Assembly (NCBI GenBank): GCA_004431415.1 | Contig: QPMI01000408.1 | Location: 1-64,000 of the forward strand | DNA length: 64,000 bases | Origin: Cyanophora paradoxa CCMP329 | Taxonomy: Eukaryota; Plantae; Glaucophyta | Reading direction: 5' to 3' | Part shown: piece after piece, positions 49,101-61,723 of the stretch | How positions within the stretch are numbered: position 1 is the first letter of the stretch | Layout: each line of letters opens with the position of its first letter | The notes under the pieces: generated by a model | Databases searched by the model: none | Told to the model about the DNA's origin: nothing | Seen by the model: only the letters and a program-made list of their open reading frames with translations | Made by a program: the position numbers and the translations under genes

Positions 49101-51894
49101 CCGCCGCACTCCACTGCCGGCGGGACACGCGGGCGGGCGCGACGGTCAGGCGCGAAAGAAAGATAAGATGGGACGGGAGGATTTTGTTGCAAGGATGGCG
49201 CACGGAACTCGGTGTCGAAGGAATACGGGGGCCCGTCGGGGGAGTCCAGGCAGGGGAGCGAGGGGTTGGTGCCGCAGGGGTACAGGACCTCGTAGAAGCG
49301 CGCGACGCGCGGCACGCCGCACTTGAACGTGAGCGAGGGGACGGCGTCGCCGGGCCGCACCTGATCAGGCGCCGGGGCGCGAATGTCGACGTCAGCGGCG
49401 GCGAGAAAGAGAGACGGGAAGAGAGGGCGCGCGGGCGCGCTTCGACGGGCTCGCTGAAGGCGACGAAGAACTGGAGGAGGCCGCCGATGCCGAGGGCGCC
49501 GAGGGCGTTGTCGGCCGTGGCCGCGCTCGGCTTCACCGGCGACTCGGGGTCGAGGCGCGCGCGCATCCCCGCGACTGCGCGCGCGCGTTCGTGAGCGAGC
49601 GAGCGGCTATTTGAAGGAAGCTGTGAAGAAGCGCACTGGTCGGGAGGGAGCGGATGACGGTGCTGTACTCCATCGGCCGCCACGCGTCGCCGATGGCGAC
49701 GGCGTTCCGCGAGAAGGGCGCGTCGTCCGAATTGGCGACGACGGCCCCGACCAGCGGCCCGCCCGACGCGAAGCCGGCACTGTCGCACGCGTCGCCGCGC
49801 GACACGTTGTAGTGGAAGAGCAGCCCGGACGTCTGCAGCGCCGGCGCTGCGGCGTCCGCCGCCGCCGCGACGGGCGGGACCGCGGTCGGGTTGGCCCAGG
49901 TCAGCTCCGGCCCGGCGGGCGAGCCGACGCAGGGCCTGGTGGGGACCGCCGTGCAGGGCACGACCCTGTCCACGAAGGCGAGCGGCCGCGCCGCCGCGCC
50001 GCACGCGTACTTGAGCGTCACGGCCGACGTGTTGCGCACGGGCTCCGTGAACGCCGCGAAGACCAGGAACCGAGCGCCGAAGCGCGAGACGGGCTTGGCG
50101 CCTGCAGCCGCAGCGGGCGTGAGCGGGGCGCGCTTCGTCGTTGGGGCGCGCCGGGCCGGGACGGCAGGCGCACTGCTCGCGCCGGTGTCTCCCAGCACGT
50201 ACGCAGGTGCGGGGCTAGCGCCCGGGTCAATCGTGGACCGGACCGAGAGGAGCACGGGGCGGCCCGCCACCACCTGCGGCGCCCGCACGCGTCGGGACCT
50301 GGCAGCGCCGGGGCGGGCGGTGGCAGCGGCGGCACTGACCAGCCTGGCGGGTAGTTTCGACGGGGTCTTCGCGGCCGTGGTCAGCGAGGCACCGTCCACG
50401 CTGGGGCTGCTCCGGGATTCTGCCGAGCAGAGTCGGACGGGGCGGGGCGGGGCGGGCCGCCGGGCACGGCGCGGCGCACGGGGGTCCGCGATCCCGGTGA
50501 GCTGACTGGCGGCGGAGGAGCCGAACAAGCAGGCGGCGCCGCGGTTCACCGAGTAGACGAAGCTGACAACCGGCGAGGAGTAGACCTCCCTCGCCCGCGC
50601 CACCAGGTAATCCGTCTGTGGGCGGCGCCGGTGGCGTCGGCTGCAGCCGCGGCGGTGCGGCGGCGGCGGAGGGCGACGAACCACCGAGCCGCGCTTGCAC
50701 GTCATGTTCAGAGCTGCGCAGCGGGCGACAGGAGGAGTCAGACGGCGCCCGGCCGGATTGGGGCTTAGGCCTAGTCTGGTCTAGATCTGGTTCGTCTGGA
50801 TAACAACAACGGCGCGCTGAGCTTTGAGTGAAAAGTGCAGGGACCTGGGGCTAAAGGGAGCGGGGGGGGCGGAGGGCGGAGGGGCGGAGTGGGGGGAGGG
50901 GGGGGGGGGGGGTGGCTGATGGGGGCCAAACAAGTACGGGGGTGCGGAGGTGGAGGTACCGGTGGTAGAGGGGTAGATGGGGATCGAGGTGGGGATAGAG
51001 GCGGGGGGGGAGGGGGGGGGGCGGGGCGGGGAAGGGGACGGGGGGCGTGGGGGCGATAGGGGGGTTAGGGGTAAGGGGTTGGACGATCAGGTCGGGCGAT
51101 GGGGAAACAGGTAAGAATGGGGACGCGCAGGCGGAGTGGGGGTGGGGTTGAGGGTTGGGGGTTGGGGTTGGGGTTGGGGGGGGGGGGGGGGGGGGTGGGG
51201 GGGGAGGGGGGGGCTGGGATTGGGAGGGAGCGGGGGCGATGAGAGAAAGAGGGTGAGAATTGCGGTCGGTTCGGTATGTATGCAGGGCGGAGAGCGGGGC
51301 AGGCCGGGAAGAGCGGGGCGAGACGCTACGGGAACGGGCCGGAAGGGGCGAGGTTGGCGGGGCGCGGGGCAGATAGGGAAGGGACGGCGTGGGGCGAGAA
51401 GGGGCGGCGCAGGGCGGGGCGAGAAAGAACGGGGCGGGGCGGGGCGGGGCGGGGCGGGGCGGGGCGCACTGGGGCAGTCGCCGGCGCAGTCGATGATGGT
51501 GACCGGCTCATCGAATACGACCCTGCGAGGCGCGCGTGCCGCGTCTGCGCGGCCCCCGCAGGCGCGGGCGGGCGCGGCCTCGGCAGGCGCACTCGATGGT
51601 GAACGAGTCGGGGGCGCGTGCCGCCGTGCCCAGGTAGACGTCACCGTCAGGGGCCGGTGCGGGCGGCACGAACGAGCTGCTTTCAACCTGCGCGCCGGCG
51701 TGGCCGCGAGGCGCCGCCCGGCCGAGTGAGTGCCGGTACCGCGGCCGCACGGCGCGGGTGCGGCGCCAGGCGCGGCGGGAGCGGCTCACGGTGATGGCGA
51801 CGGCGCTGGTCGACAGGCAAACGACGATGCAGAAGAGCAAGGGCGTCTCAGGGCGCGCCCGTCCGCAGACCCGCGACGTGCACCCGCGCGGCAT
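43131..51894 (-). CDS. Cys-less pentameric ligand-gated ion channel subunit with very large N-terminal Ig-like repeat region
   Basis: ECD motifs TQWFDP, IWTPALVFAN and REFPFDTQ. M1 RRSTYHSTNIIFPLAMLMISSYFSFFL, M2 MELVSTSIIGTLIYSF, LPPVAYLT, M3, long M3-M4 loop, M4 ...MVCRFLYMIIFIIIVLTIL. Signal peptide LLFCIVVCLSTSAVA. About 7 repeats with F(S/T/D/R)EPV...L.CG...F.Y.V..G. Confidence 0.85.
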
Positions 51895-53789
51895 TGCTAC
51901 GTGCACCGGGAGCGGCGCCGCGCGAGCCCGCCCTCCGTCGAACACTGCAACGACTTCGTGCGCAGACCGAAGAACCGCTGCAGGCCCGGGGCTGTCGGGC
52001 GACCACGCGCCGCTTCCGACGATCGACTGCGGCTGTGGCTGCGACGCGACGCGGCCGGAAGGAATCTGGATCTCGGCGCGCTGGTAACGAAGGCGCGATC
52101 GATTTCTACGTATGCTGCGACGCAGTTGACGTGTCGAACGCCCGGCGGTCGCGGCCAGTCCGGCCGGTACGGTGTGCTCGGCGGGCAGCTTTGCTCGTGG
52201 CTGACTTGTCTGATCTCCGTTCAACTGATACCGGATCGGCGCCGATACCGGCGCTGGTGCGCTGGTAGGGCGAGGCGAGCGAGCGCGCCAAAATCCAAAC
52301 TTCGCCGCTCCCTGTGCGGCTGTGCCCAGCGCTTCCCGCGCCCGCCAGCCGGCCAGGCAGGCTGGAAACCGCAGCGCCGAACGTGAGCGAAAAAAAGAAC
52401 ACGGAACCTACAAGGAGGCTCGATTCTCGAAGAAGAGCTCGGAGGGCCACGGAGGCTGGTACGTAGACGTGGTACGCGCGGGCGGAACGGCCCGCCGCCC
52501 GGCGAGGCGGCGCCGCGGCCCGCGGCGCCCGGCCCGCCCGCGCCGGCCCCGCGGGCCGCGGCCCACCCGTAAGAGTCTGCTAGACCCCTAAAAAAACGAT
52601 TAGGACCCCCGGTACAGTATTTCCCGGACCGGGTCCGATTTAGGAGCTCGGTCGGCGGGCGTGCCGGGGGGCGTTCTGCAAGCGCGACCATCGCTCCCGG
52701 CTAGTTCGATAATGCCCGGATCGCAACTCGCCGCGTCCCCGGGCGAGCGGTGTAAGCTTCGGGCGGTCGGCAAGCGACTGGCACCTTCGGATAGCGTCCG
52801 GAGCGGCGTGCCGATCAGCAGGCGGCTCCAACGCCTCCAGAAGCGATAGTACAGCATACAAGATAGTTCTGGAATGCCGCGAGACGCTCCCCGCCTGCCG
52901 ACCCGCACCGCCCCGCGGCCACGTCTCGCAAGCTTCGTAGCGCGGGTGCCCCAGCGAGCAGCAGCGGCATCTCCCTGCCTGCAGGACACTATTGGTGCGC
53001 TGGGTTAGGTCGCGGGCGACAGTCGGTCGCGCGCAACAGTGCCGCTGACGAACGCGCAGGCCGATCGCCTGTCAGGAGCCTCTCCCGATAGCTACTGCAC
53101 CTGTAGCTGCCACGGGCAGCCTCTCGGCCGCCCCACCATGCGGGTTTGCGGTCCGCGCGTCCTAGGACCAGCAGCAGCCGGGCGGCACGTTGGATTCGTC
53201 AGCCAACCTTCCACCGGCGATCTTCTCCGGCGTAGATAGCCTACAGACGCCGGATTCAGCGTCCCGGGCTCCTTTTGCAGGCGCCCGCGCGCCTCGTCGG
53301 CTCACTGCCTCGGCGCACCTCGGACAACCGACAGCCGCGCGCCCAGGTGCGGCGCCTCCCGTCGTTCCTCGCGCAGAAAAGGATGATTGAACGATCGCGC
53401 ATGCTCAGGGCTCGTCCTGACGCTGTTTCGCACAGGTCGGCCGGCTTCGTGCGGATTGCTTGCACCGTCGAAGGCGGACGACGCACCGCGCACGCGCAAC
53501 GCTCTGCAACATCTCTCCGGTTGATCCTGTTGCAGGCGAGCCGCGCCCGCTGCCGCGCTGCGCCCGAGCCCCGACCCCCGCCGCAGTTTGATGGTCGCGC
53601 GGCCGCACCCGTGCGCCCCCGCCCCAATCGCTGCGCATTGCCGTGATCCTCGCCTCAGATGCTCGCGAAACGACCGCGCGGGAGCGGGTCCTCCGCCGCT
53701 CCTTCCCCCCTCGCGGTGCTGGAGCTAAGCGGCGGCGTGCGCCCCGTCGCGGCGCTCGTCCGGGTCCGAGGGGTCCCTAGGGGAGGGAG

Positions 53790-54690
53790 AATCAACTTTC
53801 GGCCGACCACGTAGGCTTATAGAGGGCTTCAATACGAGTTAAATGAGCACAATGACGGGCTCGGCAGCTCACTTTTAGAGACGACTTCCTGGCACCGTTG
53901 CCGGGCCGCTGGGCCGCGGGAATCGCTGCCGCGGGCGCGTTCTCTTATCCCGCGCACTAGTCTGCATCTAACCTCAATCCTGGAACTCGCAGATCTCGCA
54001 GGCGAGCTCTCTACGCGAAACGGCTGAGGAGCTCCGGGCGTTTCGGGTGCGCGCTCGCCAGGGCGGCGATTCCTCCCAAAATTTTCTTAGCGGAGGCAGC
54101 TCCTCTGAGGGAGTAGAGTACGGGGGACCGCCTTTCGACCCCCTTCGATTCCGCGAGGAGCTTCCTTTGCGGATCTAGCGCCAGGGCCAGGGCGCCGCTC
54201 TTAAGCCCCATGAATCATCTTAAATGTCTCTTCAATGCTCTTCTAACATATTTTTGCCTCCCAGATTGTCGGGGATCGATCTGGCGCCCTCGCGGAGGCC
54301 GTGGCGGTCGAGGACGGCGTCCGCCGCCTCCAGGTACGAAGGTCTCCCTGGGGGGTAAAAATCAACTTTCGGCCGACCTCGTAGGCTTATAGAGGGCTTC
54401 AATACGAGTTTAAAAAGCATAGTCTCCGGTCCGGCAGATCACTTTTAGAGATGACTTCCTGGCACCGTTGCCGGGCCGCTGGACCACGGGAATCGCTGGG
54501 CCGGGCCCGCTCTCCTTCCCCGCGCACTAGTCTGCATCTAATCTCGAGTTCTGCTTGTTCAGATTTCGCAGGCGAGCTCCTCACGCGAAACGGCTGCGGA
54601 GCTCCGCGCTTTTCTGGTGCGCGCTCGCCAGACCGCGGCGCCGCTCTTCAGCTCTTTGCATAATCTCAAATGACTCTTCAATGCGCGCTT
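53790..54690. repeat. Internal diverged tandem duplication (period ~570 bp)
   Basis: AATCAACTTTCGGCCGACC.CGTAGGCTTATAGAGGGCTTCAATACGAGTT at ~53790 and ~54360, with continuing similarity. Confidence 0.85.
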
Positions 54691-56043
54691 CGACGTGCTT
54701 CTAGATCGCCCCGTTCTGAACGCCCCCCGCCTGACCTTATTCTGACATTATTCTGACACTATCCCCTAGGACGGACCTCCCGACCCGTCCCTGGCCACCG
54801 GAGGCGCGCCGGACCGCCGGAACTGCGCGGCCCGACGGCGACGGGTACGGGCAAGAGGCGCGTACCCCTACCGGGGGGTACATGATTTCTCAGTGACCGT
54901 CCTTCAGGTCCTCATTTCTCGGAACGGCGGCGGCGGCGGGCGGCTCCGCGCGGCTTCCCGTGCGCGTCTTGGCATGGGCCATCCACACGCCGAGCGCGGC
55001 GCCCGGCGCCGCAGCCAGCGAGGAGCGCGGGCCCGAGATCTCCCCAGGAGAACCCTCTGGACCGCCGCGCTCCTCTGCGCCTCCCCTATTCCCGCGCGTG
55101 AGGATGCGCGGGGGTCGCTAGGATGATTCTTAATCAAAATGTGCAGTAAACATGCAGCGCGATGGTCGCTTTCGGCACAGCGGGGCAGTTTTCGCACGCG
55201 CCGTCCCGCGGAGCGGCGCTGGGGGCTTCGCGGCCTATATACTCATCTCTAATCGATAAAGAATGTTCGTGGCATGCTGCGCGCCGGGCGGGAGTTCCGG
55301 GGAATGCATTCCGCAGCGGAAAGTATACGCAGCCGGTTCAAATTTGGCGGCCTGCTGTGAACGCGCCGGCTCATCTCCAGCTTCTGAGACTTGCATATTT
55401 GGAATCAGAAGCTTCAAAATAGGGTGGGTGCTTAATCCCAGGTCGATACGCGAAGACTGCGCGATCCGCGACTCGGTCATGAACATGATGATCATGAACA
55501 TGATTTGCATGACATGACATCGACGGTTTACACTCGACCTGCGCATTTTACATTTTACGAAATACCATAAATATCCAGAAGGGTGTAGATGGGGGTTTTC
55601 GAGGGTGCCGAAGACGATGGGCGTGTTTCTGCGGCCAGCCGATTAAAGCCTGAAACGGTACTTAAGATTTGCAGTAATGAGGGCCCCATATTGCTCCCAG
55701 CATCATTCCGCCCCGCCCGTTCGCAGCCAGCTTCTGCAACTCCAAATATAAGTCATTCAGATGCTATTAAGAAATACTGCATGCTTGGAAGCCCGCTCGG
55801 AGTTCAAATCACGAGCCCCGCACCCCCTCGAGCCCTTGGCCCCCGCGTGCTCAGTCTGCAGATCAGCTAGCTTGGTTCAAATCGGTGCGGTGACAAGACA
55901 TGGGGCCCGGGACGCGGGCTGGGGAAGAGAGGAGAGGGGGGGGGGGGGGGGAGGAGGGAGGCGGAGGGAGGGGAGGGGAGGGGAGGGGAAGGAGCGGGCC
56001 GGGGGGAGCGAATGGCGAGGGAGGGCCGGGCTACTAGAGCCTA

Positions 56044-57347
56044 CTACCGCCGGCGCTTCGGCGTGGCGGCGGCGCCCGCGAGGGCGGGGGCGGGGCGCTT
56101 GCCGTTGCGGAGCGCGGCGGGGGCGGGGGAGGGGGCGCGGCGCTTGCCGTTGCGCGGCGCGGCGGGGACGGCGGGGCGCTCGAAGATCGCCTTGCGGTGC
56201 TCGTCCCTGAGGCAGGTGCCCTCGGTCAGCGGGCCCGGCTCGCTGAAGCGGGGTACGGGACGGCACCAGTACGGCCAGGAGTAGGCGACCGAGAGCTGCA
56301 CGTTCGCGTGGACGGCGCGGAGCGGGATGACGGCCATGTTGACGGGCCGGAGCTTGAGCGGGTCGGGGCCGCCCCAAATGATGCCGTACACCGCGTTCAC
56401 CGGCCCGTCGGGTAGGTCGACCCGCTTTTTGTAAGTGCTGCAGTTGATGCCGGACTTCATCGCCAGATCGTTGACGTACGCGCCGAGCCCCGCCGTCGTG
56501 CGCCCAGTGAATGTGGGGGTCTCCAGCTGCGGGGAGGCAATCAGGAATCGCCTGGCAAAGCCCGCCGCAGCAGCGCGCACCTGCACGACCTTCTGGACGC
56601 CGTCGCGGTCGACGTGGACGTAGAGGACGTCGCGGTCGATCCGCTGCTCCTGCGCCGGCGGCTGCTTCCACAAGAAGTCGCCATTGGTCTGCGAAGAACG
56701 GTCAGCGACATGCACGGGCGGGGCGCGGGCGCGCGGAGGTGCGCGCGGACCTGCTCGTGGAGCTTCCACGCGAAGCAGCGCAACGCGTCCTCGTTGCGCA
56801 CGACCGCGAGGTCGCCGTTCTTCGGCACGCCCGCCAGCGGGCGCCCGCGCTTCGATACCAAGCCGGTATCGAACGGAGCGGCTTCGAAGGGCAGCGCGCA
56901 GAAGCCCGGCAGCACGACCTCGGCGGCTAGCTCGCGGAACTTGTGCTCCGACGCCGGTAGCTCCTCCCCGCGGCCGTTGTCCGCGTAGGGAAGCACCCCC
57001 GCCCGGGCCGCGCTGATGAAAGGCTTGCTGTCCGTGAGCGTGGCTCTGTACGTGGCTCTGATGCATACTGAGATGTTCCAGATGCTTCTGGAGCGGCTGG
57101 GGCGCCCGCCGGCCCCGCTCCCTGGAAATCTGCGAATCGTGTCACAACCACACGGCGGCCCGTCGGCTTGTCTATGAGGAATCGTGTATTCGTAGTACGA
57201 ACCAACTGTTATGCTTGTCGTGGGGCCGGGCCCCTGTGTCAATCTCTCCGCCAAGTGTGGATACCGACGCGCGACCAAGGCCAAGCCGCGCGCGCTGGCC
57301 TCGGGCTTCACCAGCTTCTCCTTGCGCTTCCCGGTCGCCTTGCCCAT
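56044..57347 (-). CDS. Divergent SET-domain protein carried inside the TIR element
   Basis: GLGAYVNDLAMKSGINC...NMAVIPLRAVHANVQLSVAYSWPYW resembles the SET core (RY(I/V)N(H/D)...N...A.R.I..GEEL...YG..YW). Spliced, with a basic NLS-like tail PKRRR. Confidence 0.65.
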
Positions 57348-57649
57348 CGTGGCAGGCCTAGCTGCACGGTAGCTACGTGCTCGGCGGTGCGCGTCCGGCT
57401 TCCCTGTACCCGGGTTTTGGACTTGGCTAATCGTTTTTTTAGGGGTCTAGCAGACTCTTACGACCTCCTTTCAAAGCCTAGGCCCCTAGCCCCGGGCCCG
57501 GGGCGCTGATCATGATCAAGTTGACAGTTACTTGAGACTTGAAGCCTTGAACATGAAGCTCAAGCTACCTGACTCACGGAAACACCTACACCGACTCGCT
57601 CGCCGAGTCACAGCTGCAGGGGCGCGGCCCGGGCGCGGGGAAACCTCTA

Positions 57650-60600
57650 CTATCTGACAGGCGCGGGGCCGTGGTCAGCTGCCGCCGGGGGCGCGGCGGA
57701 GGGGCACGACGAGCCCGGGCACTGGCCCCGCCGCCCCCCGCGCCCCGGCCCCCATCGCCTGCCGCTTCCCCTGCCGCTCCCCTCCCCGCCCGCCGGCCCC
57801 GCGGCCGCCGGCTGAGAGGGAGGCGAGCCCGAGGGGCCGGCTGGAGGCTTAGGGAGCCGGAGGAGACACGCCGGACGGGAGGGACTGGGCCCGGGCGAGG
57901 GCACCAGCGCCGGGGGCGGCCCCGGCGCCGCTGCGGATCCGGGGCCGGCGTCCGCCAGGCGGCCGCGGCCCCGCGGGGCTTGGCGGGGGAGAGGGCGCCG
58001 GGGAGGGCGGGTGGAGGGATGGGGGAGGGCGGGCGGGGGGGAAGGCGACGCGGGGGCGAGGGCCGGGGTGGGCACGGGGGCGGACTTGCGGCGGGAGCCG
58101 GGGCCGACGGGCAGCGCGCCGAGGCCGAGGGCGGCGGGGCCGGCGGGCGCCTCGGCCTCGGCGGCGGCGCGCGCGGCCGCCTCCGCAGCGGCGAAGAGCG
58201 CGCCGTCCGCCTCCATCGGCACTGCCTGCGGATCCGAGCGGAGCGGAGCGGCTCAGAAGATGGGGGCGAGGCGAGGCCCCACGCCCTCTAGGGAGGCGTC
58301 GGGGAGGAAGGGATGGGGATTAAGGAGGGGCGGGGTGGAGTGGGGATTCTCAGAGAAGGAAAGCGGGCGGGGCTGGGGCGCGCTCGCCTCGGGCTCGGCG
58401 TCGGGGTCCTCGAGGCCGGGCTCCGGGCGGGGCGGCCCCGCCCGCGGCGCCGGCCGCTGCCACCGCTTCACCTGCCGCCCCCGGCCCCAGCGCTCAGCGC
58501 TGAAGGCTGGGCCAGCGCTGGGCCAGCGCCAGGCCGCCCGGGGCCAGGCTGGACTCTACTCCTCTAGAGTCTAGGCGCGAGCGAGGGCCCAGGGGGGAGC
58601 GCGCGGAGCGCCCCTCTCAAGAGCTTCGGCGCCCACTACTTGGCAAGGCGCAGACCACTCGCCACGGGGGCGGCGGCCTCCCATCGCATCGCCATCTATC
58701 CCTTGGACCCATCTTGGACCCCATATATCATCTATCGAGCTAAGAGCTTTCGGCGCCCACGAGGCGGCGACGGCTACGCGGGGCCTCCCTCCCACCCCTA
58801 TCCATGGCCACGGCCAGCGAGGCACGACTCCCATAGCTAGCCCCGCCTTATCCCTCTCCCCCGCCGGGGGCCGGCACCTGGCCGCCGGCCGATGCGGTGG
58901 CGAGGGAGTGGGGGAGGAAGGCGACGGCCGTCGCCGGCTCGTGGTGCACCTGCCGCCCCGCCCGCCCACTCAGCGACGCTCTCATCCGCTCTCCTTGGCG
59001 CTAGTTTTGCTTGAGTCGTCGCTCAGCGACGCTTTCTTGTTCCGCTCTCCTTGGCTAGCTACGCTTAGGCCGGCTTCGCTGCGCCTAGTTCGGCTCGGGA
59101 AGTTCGCGCGCGGACCTCGGCGTTGACGACGGGGTGGAGGACCGGCACCTCGGCCCGCCCCGGCACCCCCTGCGCCGGCGCCGGCGCCGTCGCCGCCGCC
59201 GCCAAGTGGTGCTTTTCCCTGCCGCGCAGTACTGAGCGGGGGGCGGCGGCGGCGGCGCCTCGCCCGCGCATCCCAAGCCCAAGCGCAGCGCAAGGGCCTC
59301 GGCTCACCCGCTGTTCTTGTGAGAGCCCGAGGGGGACGAGGGGACCGAGGACGGCGCGTTCAGCGGCGGCGCGTGCTGCGCCTTCGCCGGCCGCGCCGAG
59401 GGCGCCTGCCCCGCCTCAGCTCAGCCGAGCCCCGCAGAGCGCCCAGCGGAGCGGCGCACCCGCTTGGGGAGGGGCACTTGGAGGTTGGGGAGGGAGAGGT
59501 CCCACAGGCACAGCCGCCCGTCCTGCGGAGAAGTTAGCGTAAAGATAAAAGCGAAGGGGAAGGGCGGGGGCGGAGGCGGGCCTGGCCGGCGGAGGCGAAG
59601 CGGTAGAGGTCGCGGGGCGGGTCGGAGGCCCACGGGTCCCACGCCACCGCGTGCACGAAGGAGCGGTGCCCTGCGCGGAGAAGGCCTCAGCTTGGGGCGG
59701 GACCCCCGAGCTTTGGGGCCGCTTGGCCTAGCTCTGGGCGGCTAGCTTTGTCTTAGATGCGGGCGCGGCGGGCGCAGCTAGAGAGGCCCAGAGAGGCCCA
59801 GGGGCGGAGAAGGCCTCAGCGGGAGGCGCGGGGCTCGAAGGGGCACGGTCATGTGGTTTAGCTCTCCGCTGCTGAGCTCTACGCGCCCGAGGGCACGGCT
59901 AGAGGCCTAGAAGGCCTAGACGCCCGCCCGCCGCGCCCTAAGCAGCCCGGAGGCGGGTACGGGCGCGCCCTCGCAGCGGCAGACGAGCGCGTGCTCGGCC
60001 GTCGACCACACGCTGCACATGTCGTCCTCGCCCCCGGTCTGGGGGGAGGGGGTGAGGGGGGGGGTGAGGGTGGGGTGGGGGGGTGGAGGGGTACCAGGAT
60101 GTACTTGGCGTCGGGGCTCCAGGCGAGGCAGAGGAGGCCCCCGTAGTAGCTCTTGAAGGAGTACAGCAGCCTGCGGGGGGTGCGCGTCCGTCAGGGCGGG
60201 CGGGAGGACGAGGGGCTACGCGCACGCTTCCTCCTCGAAGGAGAAGACGCGCAGGTACCCGTCCCGCGAGGCGGTCGCGAGCAGCTGCCCGTCGGGCGAG
60301 AACGCCGCGTCTGTGGAGGGGGTGGGGGGTACAGCCGTCAAGATCTCCCTACCCCCCCTTCTCTCCCCCCCCTCTCTCAGCGGACCGTGGACGGCGGCGC
60401 GGGAGAGGCGCCAGCGGGCGACGGGGTTCGCGCGGGCCTTCGGGTTGCGCTGCACGTGGAATCCCTCCGGCTCCCGCTGTGGCGCCTGCCCCGCCCGTCC
60501 GCGGTCAGCCGCGGGAGCCGCCCAAGTCAGCCGGAGGGGGGGAGGAGGCGCGCCTGGAGGCCTCCGTCCTCCTTGTCGCGGTCGTAGAGCAGCAGGCTCC

Positions 60601-61493
60601 CGTCGCCCATCGCCGCCAGGAACTGGCCCGCCGAGCGCGGCAGCCACCGCACCGCGTTCACACGCGCCCCGCTCACCGCCCCCTGCGCCCCACGCCCCAC
60701 TCATCGTGAGCTTCCTGCCCGGCGGGCGGGCGGGGACGGGCGCGCGTCCTTGTTGTAGTAGGCCATCTTGGTGCTATCCCGCCGCATCGGGTCGTGGACC
60801 ACAATGTCCCCTGCACCCGCGCCGTCGGCCGGCGACGGGCGGGCGGGCGGCGCGGGGCACCGGAGGCGAATCCGATGACGACGTCGAGGCGTTCGGGGGA
60901 GGCGGTGAGCGCGTTCGCCTCGTGGCACGTCGGCGGCGCCCGGAACTTGAGCTGCTCCATCGGGCTCTGCGCGCGGCGCGCTCGGCCTCTCGGCGCCAGG
61001 GCGGCGCGGCGCGGGGCGCGGGCGGCGCGCCTGCCCCTCAAGGTCCCCGTAGTCCTGGAAGTACAGCGTGTCGCCAACGTTCACGAGCACGTACGCGTCG
61101 TCCTGCGCCGCGTGAGGCGGCGCCGGCGGAGCGCGTGCGGCGGGCGCTGCGGCGACCTTCGGCGCAGAGGCCAGGTCGTCGTCGTCCCCGTCTGCCCGCT
61201 GCTTCGCGTCGAATGGGACCACTTGAGGCTCCGGCTTCGCCGCGTCTTTCCGCCGCGAGGGCGCGAAGGTGAGCTTGGGGGCGCGCTTGCCGATGTCAGC
61301 CGTGCGCGCGCCGAGCGGGTGGGTGACCGCTTCCCGCAGCCTGAACTTCCCTTCCGGCGCCTTCAGCGTCTGCGTGGCGGGTCAGATTGCGGTGACTTTG
61401 CGCTGCGGGCGGGCTGACTGTTTTGAGGTCCTTGAGCGGCGAGCCGAACATCGCCGCGGCCGGCGCGACCGGCCCGGCGTTCTGCGCCGTCAT
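57650..61493 (-). CDS. WD40-repeat protein, WDR20/DMWD/CreC-like
   Basis: [116 protein letters not shown]. The 3' end is approximate. Confidence 0.88.
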
Positions 61494-61723
61494 GCTGCCG
61501 TGGGAATCGCGGCGTCCAGGTCCGGCAGGGGGGTACTGTGAGAGAGATCGACCCGCAAGAACCAGCGCTCAGCGGCTTTCCGGCGACCCGGGGCGAACCG
61601 AACGGCACGCGCGAGCAGCGCGCTCGCTTTGCGCGAGAGTAGGGTGCGCTTCCGGCGAGCGCGGGGGGAGATTTGATCCAAGCCCTCCTGGCCCACCCGC
61701 TGCGCGCCTCCCCGCCCCGCAGT

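Larger units (their letters stand above)
52568..57462. mobile_element. Non-autonomous TIR DNA transposon (4895 bp)
   Basis: Perfect 36-bp TIR CGTAAGAGTCTGCTAGACCCCTAAAAAAACGATTAG at 52568-52603 and inverted at 57427-57462. 3-bp TSD ACC at 52565-52567 and 57463-57465. Confidence 0.9.

Noticed and set aside
51060-51180. Telomeric repeat
   Set aside because: Only isolated TTAGGG/TTGGGG-like units inside a G-rich intron, with no regular array.
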